A stretch of DNA of 64,000 bases, taken from assembly GCA_002633005.1 (NCBI GenBank), contig NMRA01000108.1:291006-355005 (forward strand), given 5' to 3'. The notes beneath the pieces were generated by a model. That model made no database searches. It was not told the DNA's origin and saw nothing but the letters and a program-made list of their open reading frames with translations. Numbering within the stretch: position 1 is the first letter of the stretch; the number at the start of each line of letters is the position of its first letter. Position numbers and translations under genes: made by a program. This document shows positions 39,201-51,200 of the stretch, piece after piece. The DNA is from Phoronis australis (lineage: Eukaryota; Animalia; Phoronida).

Positions 39201-42200
39201 ACACGGGGAGATTGTCGGTCTGACAACAGAGGTAGATTTTGCTGTTGGAATGCATCTTTGAGCTGAATGTCCTCCAGCGACTGAGGTTGCTGATTCAGTA
39301 AGAAGGGAACTTCTTCATGAGGTGATGTGAGAGGCCTTTGGTTTCTCATAAGCTGCTGGTCTCGGCTAAGAAGTTGATACTCCGGTTGTGAAGTAGTGTA
39401 ATACGGCCAGTTCTGCATTGCCTGATCACCAAAACTCGAAGTTTGACCGGAATAGCTGAGCCCCTGTGGTGACAGCATCGGTGGTGTCCATTGTCCAGGT
39501 AACGGATATTCAAATGATGACACAGAATAGTTTAGCGGTGCTTCAGAGCCATATGTAGATGCTACTGAGTCCAGCTGCTGACAGTCATATGGAGAGGAAG
39601 TTTGCTGTATCTCATGTTGATCATATGATGACAAAGGCTGTGTTCTTGGCTTCCTATGCTGGTCATAAGGGGATTTACATCGCTGAGACGCACCAAGAGT
39701 GTAAGGGGATGCAGGTCGTGACTTTTGCTTCTGGTCATATGGGGATGAAGGTCGTAACTTTCCTAGAGGATCGTGTGGTGCTGTAGATACTTCCTTCTGA
39801 TCATACTGTTGATCATACGGGGATAAAATTTGTGACGTTAGCTGATGCTCATACGGAAATACAGGCCCTGAAACCCCCTGTTGACCATGTAGTGACAAAG
39901 GTTGTGCTGTACCCTGTTCATTATAAAACAACAAAGGCTCAGCTGACCTCTGGAAGCCTTTCTGAATAGTGCTAACTTCAAATGTCTGTGCTGGACACAT
40001 TTTACCAGGCTGGAATGGACAAGGTGAAATGGGCCTTGCTACATAAGTCTTCTTTGTTCCATCTTGAGATTTATCATTTTGATCTTTAGATGACACAATG
40101 GTCTGGAAGGCAGACTGTTCCAGGGAACTGCCCTTTGGCTGAGGAGAAGACCGAGCATAGTCAAACATAAGTGTTGATGCGGTATCAGATTGAAATTCAT
40201 TCATGCTTTGCTTATTGTAATAAGGCTGTTTAAGGCAAGCATGAGTCCGCTGGAAGTCTTCTTGCATTTTACCACTTCCTAGAAAGTGGTGAGGATAAGA
40301 GACTGACTGTTGTTTCTCAGAGCTGTACAACTGCTGTGCAAGATTTGACTGAAATGGCAGAGGAGATAAAGGCTGAGAGCCATTCAACGTTAAAGTTTTT
40401 CCAGAAGGTTGTTCAGATTGAGCAACAGTCTTCACTGAACACTGCTTCCTAGGCTGCAACATGAAAGGCCCTTCACTTACTTGTGTGACAAGTGGAGATG
40501 ATGAATATGTTGGCAAGTACGGCGAAGTTGATCTGTCTGTTACACTATATTGGTTCCTACTGTCCATGTAAGGAAAATGACCTCTGTTTATGTAAGTATC
40601 AGTCTGCGCAGATACCGTTTTAGCCAATGATAGAACAGGGCACGTATCATTAGGCTTACACAGACAAGACTCAGTAAATTTTACAGACTTCACAGGAGAA
40701 GAGCTAAGATCTTTACTACGCTGCTTCCCCTTACTATCACCAACTTTTTTCTTCCGTTGAATCTTAGCAGGAGAGACTGCCTTCTTCTTTTTGATTTGAA
40801 AATATTTTTGACGAGGTGATACGTATTTTATTTTTGGTTTTTGCTTAAGAAGAGAACTAACAGTTTGTTCCAAAGGTGGGCTTGAAGACCGAACCTTATA
40901 ATCAGATATATTCCCATGTTTTGGTTTCTCGATTAATTCATTTCTTCGACGAGTCTGTAATCGCTCACTCCAATGAATTACATGTTTAGGGCTGGTTTGC
41001 CGGGTACTCGATACCACCTTCTGGGTAGTGGACACCGCATTCTGAGCACACGGAATCACGTTTCGAGTCTCAACCACTCTTGGTCTTAAACATGGAGGGC
41101 CTTGAAAGTCTCTACCAGTTCTTTCTGTGCTGTAACTGGCACAAGGACATTGGAGAGATTTGCATGAAGAAAATGCGCTAGTAACACCAACTTGAAATGG
41201 GTCTACTCCAGTCTTCACACATGTTCTTGCTTCTTGAGCACCAATCATGTGTTCTTTGAAACAACTGCAAAACACGTCACTCTTTTTCTTTTTTGATGAA
41301 TAAAGATTACGATACAAGGACATTGGTGTCTTTATCTTACTCAATAAATCGGACACACTCAAATTCTCTAGCATTTCTCCATTAAATTGTTTACTTTTGT
41401 CAAAAACATTTTGATCACGTGACATAGGGACAGTTCTTAAATCCTCAGGTGCTGTATCAGCAGCAGACACCTGCTCTTTAGAATGTTTTTTCTTTTTACT
41501 GGAAAGGTCTAGTTCATCAGAAGTGTCTTGATGCTGGGCTGCTGTCTCTTCAAGTGTAGGACATTCAGAACATGACTGTAGAGGATTCAAGGTGTTTTCT
41601 TTGGAGTTCCAGACTGATTTTTTTTGTATAACAGAAATATTGCTTAAACTCCGGTTTTGATTGCCTGACGTGCTTTGCTTGAACTTCTCTCTAGTTGGTT
41701 TGGTACTTGATTTGTGAATTGTGGAATGAAGTACTCCACGGGCAGTTTCAAATCCAAACTTGCTTGTCTGATTAGTTCCAAAGGAAGTATGGTGTTCAGC
41801 ATCAGGTATTTTCTCTTTTTGTGCTGTTGGAATTTGCTTAGAATCACTCTGAAGATTTTCAAAGTCCACCTCTTTTACAGGAGTAGCTGCCAAATTACTA
41901 TCTGGTTTGGTAACACCCTTCGTCTCAGACACACTGGAACCCTGAATCTGGTTGCGTCGGTTTCTTAAACTAGGTAAAACTGAGCTCCACTTTCTATGGC
42001 CTGCAGGATCTTCAAAGGAATCTGTAACAGACTTGCTAAACTTCTGTGGTGTTGGTGTTATTTTCTCTTGGAAACTACGTTCAACCAGCAACACACTGGC
42101 TTTATCGGAGTTGTTTTCTGAATGACTTGCTATAGAATCTTGCCGAATACCATTTTCTGAAGGTGATTTTGACTTTGATAGCCTTTTCTGTCTGCCTCTT

Positions 42201-45200
42201 ATGCTACTGCTACTACTTTCCCTTGAAAACCTCTCCTGCTCTTTGAGTGAAACAGCTGGTGTAAAACTGGGCTTTTCGCTTTTGTCTTGAGGTCTACTAA
42301 AAGCTTCAGAGTCCCTAAAACGTTTCGAGACTGACTGAGAGCTCCCCGAGTGGTTGTTTTTGGACAAAATACTATATGCATTTTGTGTACGTGAATTAAT
42401 TACCCTTGTTGCTGTGCTGGATGCAGGTGACACATCCGGAGTATTTCCTTTATAAGATGTCAGAGGTTCCACCTGACTACTCAGCAGTGGGTCATCCTTA
42501 GTGTCTTTCCTGGAAAACATTTCTACTTTCTCATGTGTTGCTGGAGAACTTGAAACCAAGCTTTTAAAATCATTTCTGCCTAGGGAAGTATCAACAGGAC
42601 TTCCATGCTTGTTTTTAGACTCTTTGGCAGATGCCACAAGCCGAGCTTGGTCAAGCTGGTGAAATTCTTCCATGACTAGTCTATGGGCATCACTGACTGG
42701 AATGGGAACAAAAGGAATTCCGTATTGGTCAAGCAATTGACCGTTCATTGACAGAAAGCGCACCTCCTCTGAAACAGAAGGATCACTTCTGGGAGATTGG
42801 TCTCGTTCATCTGTATTTGAGGAATTATCTGAATCTATGGCTGAACTGTTTACGGATGCTGCTTGTATCTTTTCTATTTGTTGATCTTGACTTGGATACT
42901 GTTGTGACATATTTTCATCACTACCATCCAAATACCTCTGTAAAATGTGGCTATTGTAGGATTTGTTAAATCGTCGATTCTGATACTTTTTCCACTGGTT
43001 TGGAATGGCTGAAGAATTTATTTGACTTTGTTCTTCTTTTGCACTGCTTCCTGTTTGCTTTCCGTGCAAGGGTTTTGAGATGACCTTGTTTTCAGATTGC
43101 TCTTCTTCAAATGTGGATATCTTAATAGAACTAAGACTTCTACTGCGTTGACGTTGACGATAGTACTGCTTGCTACTGGCAGGAGAAGTGGTTCTACTTC
43201 TTATGCCATTGCTCGAGATGACTTTTGACACAACACCCAGATTGGGTACCCTCTCCTGAGCAGTTGGAGTCTTTCTTATCGGTATAGGTTGCAATTTGTC
43301 CAATGGTTTAACATGAGAACCACTTAAAGATGAGGACGATATAACACGCAAGTGACCCCCTTGTTTCTGAAAAGACCCTGCATGCAATTGTTTTGCATTA
43401 GTCTTCATTCTGCTGTCACTTTCTTTGAGGCTCTTTTGTGCTACCATTGACAATTCATCATTCAAGGAAAGTTTGTCTTCAGATAAAACGGGGCCAGGCT
43501 TCTGACTTAACTTGGCAACATATTTCTGTCTGTATTGCTTAACAAGCTTCTGCTGTTTATCTTTGAAATCATTGACTTCTTTTTGTGCTTCAAACGTCAT
43601 GTGCTGGCCGCCAATTTCTTTTTTTGATCCAGCAGGATGACGTATTTGCTTTAAATTTTCTTGCCACAATGTGTTGATTTGCCGACCTTCTTGGCTTTCT
43701 TCATTAATATTTGAGAGATAATTCGACTTTCGAAACGGTGTATACCCCTGCTCAATATTGACACGAACCTGTTTCAGAATTGCAGAAGATGGGCTACAAT
43801 GTATTTGCTTCAAAACTTCAGTAGGAAGAGAGCAGTGTGTAACATATGAGCTTGATTTATGATCTGGATTGTCAGTCGTTGACACTGCTTGATCTCTTTG
43901 ATTTCCAAAGGAAAAAAGCTCTTTGATCAGTTGTAAAGGCTTTCCAACTTTCTTGTTTTCAACAGCTTTGACAGCATTAAGAGGCTCATCTAAAGGTTTT
44001 GCTTTTCTTGCTGCAGTGCTGGCAAAGTGCTTACCTTTTCCTGGAAAATCAGGTCCTGGTTCATAAGTGAATGGGAGATCTTTGATGGGGCTAAATGTTT
44101 CAACAATTTTGTACTCTTTGGGAGGCACGTTGTGGTCTATTTTGACTTCATTTTTCTCAATCAACCTTGATTTCTGGGCATTATGATTAGCGTGCCAAAC
44201 ACTATTGCTGACAGAGGCCTGTGCTACCATCAAAGGAGGAACATGAGTTTGAGCTTCCGCTAAGGCTTTTTTCAGAAACATTAGATTGGGTACGTGTTCT
44301 TCAACACTGTTTGGAATAAATCCTTCTTGCTGCTGAAGATGATGTGGATATTCAAACTGGGACATGTGTCTTAATCTTGGGGCAGGACTCAGTTCTACTC
44401 TTGATAATTCATTGGAATCACTTGAATGTAACCCACGCGCAGGGCTTACTTCTGCAGTCACATGACCATAACTCGGCTCTTTTGTATTTGAATCACCAAG
44501 TTTACCACCGCCAACTTTTTGATCATTGTTGTACAACATTTGCAGTACTCTTTGTGGCTTAGTCAATCCCTCTTCTTTCTGAAAATTTCTTGGAATGGTG
44601 TCGTCTCGTGAAATCGTAAATTCTGAAGAACTTTTTGGTTTTTGTTGCTTTGGGGTTAGAATTTCATGGAGAGATGTTGAAGAAGAGCACTTTCTTTTTG
44701 TCAATAGAGCCTCAAACTTTTGAACTATGTTTGTGCGTACTTTTTCATTCAGAGCATTAGATGTAGCTGTTGCAGCTTCCGTGATGTCTATCGAGGGTGA
44801 ACAAAGTTTTGCAGCTGTATGTATTTTTTGCTTAGGCGAACCAGTAGAACTGTGTTCAGAATACGCTATGCCTTCCTTCTGTGTAGGTCCTATTGTCCCC
44901 ATGTCTGGACTGGTACTAAATAGACCATGGATTTTAGATGAAATATCAGAAGACCCTCGGGCCCTAGAAACTTCTTCTGAATGTGAACCATTCTCTCTCT
45001 TTACATGTTTTTGGTCAGCTGCCTGAATAATCTCTGGGCTTTTTGCTAACAGTGAATGAAACTTGGAAGGAAAACCTTGGTCCTGAGGACTTGGAGAGCT
45101 TTGTCCTTGTTGAGAATGAACCACAGGCTCTTCCTGTGCATCTAGTTCTCTTTGAATTGCAGTTGACATTGCCTCGTATGCTTCCTCTTGTCTTGCTTGA

Positions 45201-48200
45201 TGTTTTATCAGAGCTTGCACTATAGTATCTTCAGCTACCCTAGCAGCTGGTTTCCATTCAGTGCCCATGCTGTTGTCACCTTGCGTTGCTGGTCCACTTT
45301 CATCGTGGTGTGCATTTCGAATAACTTTTAATGCCTCCTGCGCCCTATCAGCACTAGTTATAGTGTATTTATCAGTACATGAAGTTTTTATAAAAGCGCT
45401 ATGAGATTGATGTGAGAACTTTGAGGGTGGTTTCGTTCCCTCTTGCCGAGCTTTTGTAAAACTGCCAGCATCAAAATCGTATGCCTGCGAAGCATCTGCG
45501 ATTATCGAGTGGTCCTGATTACCAACTTCAAGATTGTCGTCAATAGCCCAGGCATCAACACCAGGCAATCTATGAGCAGCGTGAAAAGTTTGTAGTGCTC
45601 TGTAAGTTTTATTCAAAGCTTCTTGAGATAGGCCATCTTGTTTAACACCAGTGTCTGCATCACCACACAAAACTTCACAAACTAGCTTCAATGCTTCCTC
45701 TGCCTCATGCAGTGCTCTTTCTTTGCGAGTATTTAATGACTTAACTTTTTCATTCTCTAAAATTGGCCCCTTAACTTTCTGGTCATGACCGACAGGTTCT
45801 GTACCCGCCTGAGCTGCGCCACCAGGGTTATGGGATTCTGCAAGTACAGTAGATTTCATGCTCTTGAGCCCCCATTCCTGAGCTTCGTACACAGCATTTT
45901 CTTTTTTGTGGTCTTGATGGGTGGGATTGAACCCTACAATGTTGGGTCTGGTTAGTTGACCTTCGTGAATAATTCTCAAAGCCTCATGCGCTGCATCGTT
46001 TCTTTTGTGCGCTTCATGGGCTGGAGTAAATTCCAACATATTGGCTCCTGTTTTCTGACTCTCATGGATAACTCTGAGAGCTTCATGCGCTCCATATTCC
46101 TTTTTAACACCATCATGATGGGTAGGGACAAATTCTACGAAGTTGTGACCTGTTTTGTGACCTTCGAGGACAACTCTTAAAGCTTCACAAGCAACACCAT
46201 CCTTTTTAACTGTTTGCACACAGGCAGTTAATTCGGTTACACTAGGTTCCCTTTTCTGACCTTCAACGGGTACTTCTGAAGTTTCATGGGCAGCCTTTTC
46301 TTTCTGTTGTGCCAGAAGGTTATCATCTTGTTCCACTGCTTTGGGGTACACGGTCATACGAGCGTGAAGGCTTTTCAGTGCTTCCCGAGCTTTGCCAAAG
46401 GCAGAATAATCACCTCGTACTTTGGTTTTATTCGAATTGCTACCATCCTTTACTTCCCAAGTTTCTGATATGTCATCTGCATATGCCATACTTTTAGTAT
46501 GAGGGGACACTTTTGATTCTTTAATAAGATTAAGTGCTTCTTGAGCTCTTGAAAAGCTGGCAGTTGTAGCACCAGGAAGCCCTGCCCATGTCTGTGCAAT
46601 TCTTTCCTGGCCTACTTTTTGGCCTTTTAGGGATGATTCAACAGATTTTTCAAATGACACAGAAGAACTTTGCTTGAGTCTTTGACCGTGTGATGACAAA
46701 ACTTCATCAAGAAGCTCGTGAAATTCCGGAGTTAATCGTCCCATAGGCGATGTTCTATCAACACCTACCGATGATTTATCAGTGGGCTTTTGTGATTCAA
46801 CTTTCATCGTATTTACCTCGTCTTTGAGTAAGAGCTGTTGAAGAGCGTTAGATGTGTTCCCCTTGCCAGGACTTAGCCATGGTGTTTTCAAGGTACGTTT
46901 AGAGGTTGGTGATCTGGGTTCATTTTCAGACTGCTGCCCAGAAAATCTACTGAAGGCTTTCTCTTCAAAATTGTATTTCAAGCCATCAACGGCTTTGCTG
47001 AAATTTTCAACTAATTTCGGAATCGGTGAAGATTCGTTAGTTTTTGTAGGCATCGCTGCCATGCTATACTTCACTTTACTTTCACCAGCTGCGGCAAAAA
47101 ACGTCATGCCTTCACTCACTTTGGATGAGTCCACAAAATCTCGGATATACTCCTTGGAAGGTTTTTTGGGCTCCCTCAGGAAAGGGGTAGGGTGACTCAA
47201 TAGATATTTGTCAAGGTCGTTGTTTTCAGGTTCTATAAGTGTTTTCATATCAGGCACATCTCTACACTGTTTCGGCACGCTGGTGCGTCTTCCTTGCAGT
47301 TTTGTAACGAGATCGCGAACAACATAGGACGGCGAATTTATTGGACCTTTCCTATCTGCAGGTGTGTCATTACTTTGCATATCCGTGCTGCATTTTTCAG
47401 ACAATTTCATCAACGTTTTACTTACAATACTTGACTCAGTCTCCGGATATTCTTTTCTACTTGGCGATTCAGAATGATTAACAGGTGGTGATGAAAGGTC
47501 TCCTTGAAGTCTTACTAATGCATTATTAACTATTTTCATGTCATCTAATTCTGGTTTCCAACTCTTCGGTATTCTTTGAACTTGGCTGTGATATTCCAAA
47601 TCTCTAGGGCGTTCAGCGAATTGGTTGTTCCATTCCTTTAGTACACTCGGATTATTTCTTGCTTTTTTCTTTTTAATTGAAGAATTAGGGCTTTGGTGAG
47701 CACGGCTGACAACGAAATAATCGTTAGAGCCAAAGTTAACCGCTCTCGCTTCTTCCTTGCCATCTGTCTGCACATCACCATTTACTTGGTATTGTTTAAT
47801 TTTCACCAAACTATGTTTTCGCCAGAACGAATTACATTTTCCGAATCTGTCACTTGCCGTAAGACCTGTCCAACTATCAGAGCTTGGTTCTCCTTCTGTC
47901 ACATTCAAGCTGGTCAAGTTGGGTTCAGAGGATAGCCTGTCACCAGAATCCCGTTCCAGGGGGTAGCGATGGGAGTTGTTGACTGGGTGTTGTCTTACTG
48001 CCATTGGTGAGAAATCTAAGGATAAGAAGAGAAGAACAACAAGCACTATTAACGTTTCAAAGAAAAGTATCAACAGTCGCAATAGTGATAAACCCACGTT
48101 CCATCGAAGAAACTTAATTTTCATGTAGAACTTTTGACACTAAAAATTGGTCTTAACTTGTTCAGTATTAGAATATGAGAAGTGAATTTTGGTCTTGCAA

Positions 48201-51200
48201 ATAACTGACAGTTTATTATTCCTCAAGACCATGCTTGGTGCATAAAATGACACAGTGTGGAAAGTCAAGTGGTAGAGACTGGTCTCAACCAATAAAGAAT
48301 TACATGCCAAATATTTTCAAGACCAGAAATCACATCTATTTGACTAACTTAAGCAAAAATTTGAGATCAATTTCATGATGGTAAGTAGTCTAAATCAATG
48401 TCTGCGATGGAAAGCAGATTTATAGCAGCCACTTTTTAAAGGAAGAATGATAACTTTGAATTTATACTTTCTTGTACGTGGCATCTATAGCAAAATAACG
48501 GCGTCAACAACATAACCAACTTCAATTAGATGTTAAAGGTTCAGGATGAGATCTAGAAACACTGCAATTTACATACGACTAATAATTCTTACTTATATCA
48601 TATCAAGGCACCGATTTATTGCAGCATAATTATACACTGTAATTAACAGGTACACTTTTTGTAAATTAGCCTTTTATTATTCATTTCATGCAATTTCAGA
48701 ATTTTTCCTAACAATTGGACAGCGCCCATTTTTGAAAGCCCCACATGCCACAATGGAACATTTTAAAAACAATGCCTGACTGAGCTTGGAGAATAGGAGC
48801 ATAAAGCATCATATCACGACAACCAAAGTTTCATAAGACTCCGATAAGCCATCTCTTGGATATGATGCTCTGAAGTTAACCAAATTTGGTATTTTCATAG
48901 GTCACACATAATTCCAAATGAATGAATATTCATCATGCTCTCTATTTGACATTTTCAACTCACTTTCAGTAGGTTATCATGGAGTATCAAAGTGCAAAAA
49001 CTCATACCAAGCCTATTATTGACAATATGGTATGACCTTTGAAAATGAAGAGAAAAATATTCAGATTTCAAGTCATCAAAATGTTTCAAATGAATCACTG
49101 ATACTCACCACTTTTCCTGATCCAAGTAGATGTCTTGCAGCTAATACTATAAAAAATCTATGACAATAAATGGAAATTCCATAAAATATAACAGTTTGTC
49201 TGAAAAAGTGTTTTTATTTTCAGTTGAAAATGAGATGATGTCATTTCAATGTCACAAATGAACGAGTCAACAAATGTTATGCGTAAGTTAATTTGGACAT
49301 GCACAGGATTCTCCAACATCTTACACGCACACAAGAAAACGAGACACTTCAGAGTTTTAGTTAACTTTAACATGGCAATCACCAATACTGGGTAGACTGA
49401 ATTCTCAGGTAACCAAAATTGCAACAGTTGCATTATATTACTTTCAACTATATTGGAATCTCATGCGACACAAAAATTATCAGTTTCTTTCAACTTACAC
49501 TAACTGTAACCACAAAAATTGCGAATCTGTGACTAACTGCAAAACGCTCGAGGAAAACTTATTTTGGAAAAACGCGGTATTTTGGATAGAGGCAAATGCA
49601 TCTAAATACACCAATCTATCGCAAACCCAGTGGTTTCAAATTCAATAAGACGAAAATTATTTCTAAAATACAGCAGCTAAGTGTCCATCATATGTAACTT
49701 GACACATCATAACTCATTCATTTTCTACAAAAATGTGTTTCCACATCAAATTCAAACAAAGAAGCTGACCAGATTTTCAGTACTCAAATACAGTTTCATA
49801 ACATTTTCTACAAACAACAGAATATGGACGTTGTAAATTGAACACTCTAATTTATCATTAAAAAGTTGAAGATGTAAGCTACACATCTCTATACCATGTA
49901 ACAGTTGCTGATCATTTCAGGAAGGCAAAGCTTTAGAGGCTAGAACTAATTAAAAATTTTCCGATTCCTCTCTCACCACACAAATCGCACTCTGCAAAAT
50001 CAATCAAGGTTGAAAATTTATGATCTTAAACGGAAGTAGAAAATCTGAAGTTCTCTTTACGTTCTTTAATTAACGGAAAATTAATTAAACAGAACGAATG
50101 CTGCTATTAGCAAAATAGGTTCAGCCAAATAATTTTGAAATAAAAATTATAGGAAATGCAAACTCTGCACATTGAACGCATTTGAAACAGCTCTTAAACT
50201 CTACTCCATTGGCAAAACTAAATTCTCCTTTCGATACTTGCTGCAGTTGAAACTTTTTCAACGCGTTCCTCACTAAGATGAGAAGTGGTTTCTGAAGAAC
50301 CAAAATTTCGTTATTTTTGAGACCATGCTCGGTACAAAAAATGACGTGCAATGACAAGTTAACAATTAGAGCCCAGTTTCTAGCGACAATGACGTGTGAT
50401 CAGTTCTTATAAAGCCCTGAACTCATCCCTAATTTGAGTGAAGAATAAGTTATGACTAGTTATATAATGGAAATTAATGATCGTGGGTTAATATTTGATT
50501 TGGGGAATTTGCTTGAACAGCATTGTGGATTTGCATTCCCAAGTCAACGGTTCGTACAGTTATATATTTAAGCAACTACAAGCCAATATTTCATCAAAGA
50601 AAACCACTTTTGAGTCAGGCTACTCACATCTGTAAAACTGATCTCAATTTTCTGCTGCCAAGCATGAGAAGTGGATCTTAAGCTTCGAAAAATGACAGTT
50701 CGCAACTGTTAGAGGTTCTGTGGGACCTTATCGACAAGTAGATGCATTTAGTCAAATCTTTTCAAAACCTCTGAATTGAACTCTCCGTAAAATCAATTTT
50801 CTGAATTAAGTAAAAACCCAGTAGAAATGGATTTTGTCTTCGTGCCAACCAAACGTTAATTGGGTCACGTGAGAAAAATTTTGTAAAAAAAGAAAGGCAC
50901 ATTCATCACAAAACAATAGCGTAAATAACATTCGCACGATACAGTTTTCATTTTCGTTTAATGCAACTTTTTAGTTTTTTCATGCAAATCTCTTTAAAGG
51001 CCAATTTCTGACAGCCACTCATGCAAAGGTGAAATATCATGAAAACAATTCCTATCAGAGGTTTAGAGAAGAATTCATAACCGATATTACTTGAAATTCT
51101 CAAACAATAGGGTACCACAAAACCTTAAAAGTACCAAAACACCACACTCTTGTAAGCCTGACAAACATATCCGCATACACCTGCTAGAGTGGCCACCACC

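Noticed and set aside
35299-47966. Many short plus-strand ORFs
   Set aside because: They are antisense shadows of the large minus-strand coding exons.
38855-48015. Giant ORF as a viral or transposon polyprotein
   Set aside because: No RT, integrase, helicase or capsid motifs; low-complexity composition; canonical splice sites in phase with the downstream ALMS-motif exons.
48016-48124. Hydrophobic signal-anchor-like N-terminus of the 3101-aa ORF (similar cases in the 741- and 744-aa ORFs)
   Set aside because: It is translated polypyrimidine intron sequence upstream of the splice acceptor.
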